Shown here one piece after another: positions 62,300 to 64,000 of a DNA stretch of 64,000 bases; the first letter of the stretch is position 1; each line of letters starts with the position of its first letter. The translations under genes and the position numbers were made by a program. Source of the stretch: Felis catus (taxonomy: Eukaryota). Under the pieces are notes generated by a model, which saw only the letters and a program-made list of their open reading frames with translations, was not told where the DNA came from and did not search any database. The stretch is from positions 74,338,001 to 74,402,000 of the forward strand of contig NC_058385.1 of NCBI RefSeq assembly GCF_018350175.1, given 5' to 3'.

Positions 62300-62464
62300 A
62301 ATGTTCCCGTCACCAGGCCTGCCTCGTCACCACTCTGCAGACCCGACCTGGTGCTGTGAGGTGTGTATTCTATGCTGATACTCAGATCTGCACACATAGC
62401 CTGCAGGCCCAGAACTGCCGGCTTCTGCTCCGTGAAGAGGCCACCCACATTTACCGGAAGCTGA
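62300..62464 (+). CDS. TG: Thyroglobulin exon 37 (165 nt, phase 1-1)
   Basis: attccgtag|AA...CTGA|gtaagt; (E)CSRHQACLVTTLQTRPGAVRCVFYADTQICTHSLQAQNCRLLLREEATHIYRKL. Confidence 0.97.
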
Positions 62465-62648
62465 GTAAGTCCCAGCCTGTGTCTTTGTGGCTATTTTCTG
62501 AGGGCCTGGATATAGCTGGGAGGGATCGTCCAAGCATGTGGTGACTTGTGGGCAGTGGCTTTTGAGGTTCTTAAGGAAAAATTGGCCAAAGTTATCCTGG
62601 GAAAGATGGCATTCATTTGGGATGGACTGAAGGAAGATGAAAACCCTG

Positions 62649-63632
62649 GATGTATATATACATACATACGTACATACATACACACACACATATACAATTA
62701 TGGTTATTTTATTTTATTATATTATATTTTATTTTATCCTATTGTAGTTAGTTAACATACAGTGCAACATTGGTTTCAGAAGTAGAATTCAGTGATTCGG
62801 CACTTACATATAACACCCAGAGGTCATCATAACAAGTGCCCTCCCAGTACCCATTACCCATCTGGCCTACCCCCACCCACCTCCCTCTATCTACCCTGAA
62901 TTTGTTCTCTATTGTTAAGAGTCTGTTGTGGTTTGTTTCCGTCTCTTCTCTTCCTTCCCCCTTCCCATATGTTCATCTGTTTTGTTTATTAAATTCCACA
63001 TGTGAATGAGTTTATATGACATTTGTCTTTCTCTGAGTTACTTATTTTGCTCAGCATAANNNNNNNNNNNNNNNNNNNNNNNNNNNNNNNNNNNNNNNNN
63101 NNNNNNNNNNNNNNNNNNNNNNNNNNNNNNNNNNNNNNNNNNNNNNNNNNNNNNNNNNNNNNNNNNNNNNNNNNNNNNNNNNNNNNNNNNNNNNNNNNCT
63201 GGCGATGGCCGATAATGCTGCTATAAACACTGGGGTGCATGTGCCCTTTCGAATCAACATTTTTGTATCCTTTGGATAAATACGTAGCGATGCAGTTGCT
63301 GGGTCATAGGGTAATTCTATTTTTAATTTTTTGAGGAACCCCCATACTGTTCTCCAGAGCGGCTGCACCAGTTTGCATTCCCACCACCAGTGCAAGAGGG
63401 GTCCCCTTTCTCCTCGTCCTCATCAACAACACCTGTTGTTTCTTGCATTGTTAATTTAGCCATTCTGACAGGTGTGAGGTGGGATCTCCTCATGCTTTTG
63501 ACTTGTATTTCCCTGATGAGGAGCGACGTTGAGCATCTGTTCATGTGTCTGTTGGCCATCCGGATGTCTTCTTTGGAAAAGTGCCTATTCATGTCTTCTG
63601 CCCATTTCGTCACTGGGTTGTTTGTTTTTTGG
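62649..63632 (-). mobile_element. 5'-truncated carnivore LINE-1 (ORF2 C-terminus, 3'UTR, tail; spans an N-gap)
   Basis: Minus-strand translation [30 protein letters not shown] and [30 protein letters not shown] matches the L1 ORF2 C-terminal region; A/T-rich tail with (TACA)n; aaaccctg at 62641-62648 and 63633-63640 may be a TSD remnant. Confidence 0.95.
63060..63198. other. Assembly gap (139 N) inside the L1
   Basis: N run. Confidence 1.
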
Positions 63633-63819
63633 AAACCCTGTTTCTAAGCTAGAACTTCTCTGTGCCGCCTTTGTTCATTTATCCGAGATATGGAAGCCAC
63701 TGGCCTTTGAGTTTCGTAGCAAAGTAATCAAATGGGCTACTATTTATGATCATTTTATAGTTCAGACACTTCTGTCCCGTGCCTTATCGCAGCTGGTCCT
63801 CACACCAATCCTGAGATAG

Positions 63820-63960
63820 CAAGATAAGGCTTTCATCCCATCTTAGTGATCAAGAGACTCTGGCCCAGCGAATCCACTTCTCCCATTTCACACAGCTAGC
63901 TGTGACAGAATGGGAACTTGGAACCAGGTTTCCTATCTCTAGATACAATCTGCTCGCCCT
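63820..63960 (-). mobile_element. MIR
   Basis: cccatttcacacagctag...agaatgggaacttggaaccagg. Confidence 0.5.
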
Positions 63961-64000
63961 AAACCACCTCGCCTCACTACCGAATCATAGTCACCATGGA

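Larger units (their letters stand above)
955..62464 (+). other. TG: Thyroglobulin gene, internal segment (exons 26-37; gene extends beyond both window ends)
   Basis: Twelve AG..GT-bounded exons of 192,165,66,81,138,177,112,80,144,63,135,165 nt. Splice phases are compatible, the joined frame is 1518 nt with no stop, and the peptide matches mammalian thyroglobulin type-3 repeats (e.g. FFECERLCDADPCCTGFGFLNVSQLKGGEVACLTLNSLG). Exon numbers are recalled from human TG (138-nt exon 30, 63-nt exon 35). Confidence 0.98.

Overview
Mammalian (felid) genomic DNA from a draft assembly with five N-gaps. The window lies entirely inside the thyroglobulin gene (TG, + strand). I reconstructed 12 consecutive coding exons (26-37 by human numbering, assigned from recalled human protein and exon sizes). 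All have canonical AG/GT sites and join into a stop-free 1518-nt (506-codon) frame covering the type-3 cysteine-rich repeats just upstream of the cholinesterase-like domain. The rest is intron: 23 carnivore tRNA-derived SINEs (several of the young felid SINEC_Fc type, with TSDs), a 5'-truncated L1, old L1/L2/MIR/MaLR/hAT remnants, microsatellites and a 1.4-kb 40-bp minisatellite. I found no second gene, no CRISPR array and no convincingly new multi-gene system. The most interesting observations are: a non-TE 77-bp direct repeat bracketing exon 32; a variant-patterned, YGCY-dense VNTR in intron 34; a nested tail-to-tail inverted SINE pair next to exon 32; intron positions recording the internal duplication of the type-3 region; a very young SINE with a 41-T tract forming a candidate cryptic acceptor; and apparent N-glycosylation sequon turnover. 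Repeat-family names come from recognising consensus sequences by eye, not from a database search.
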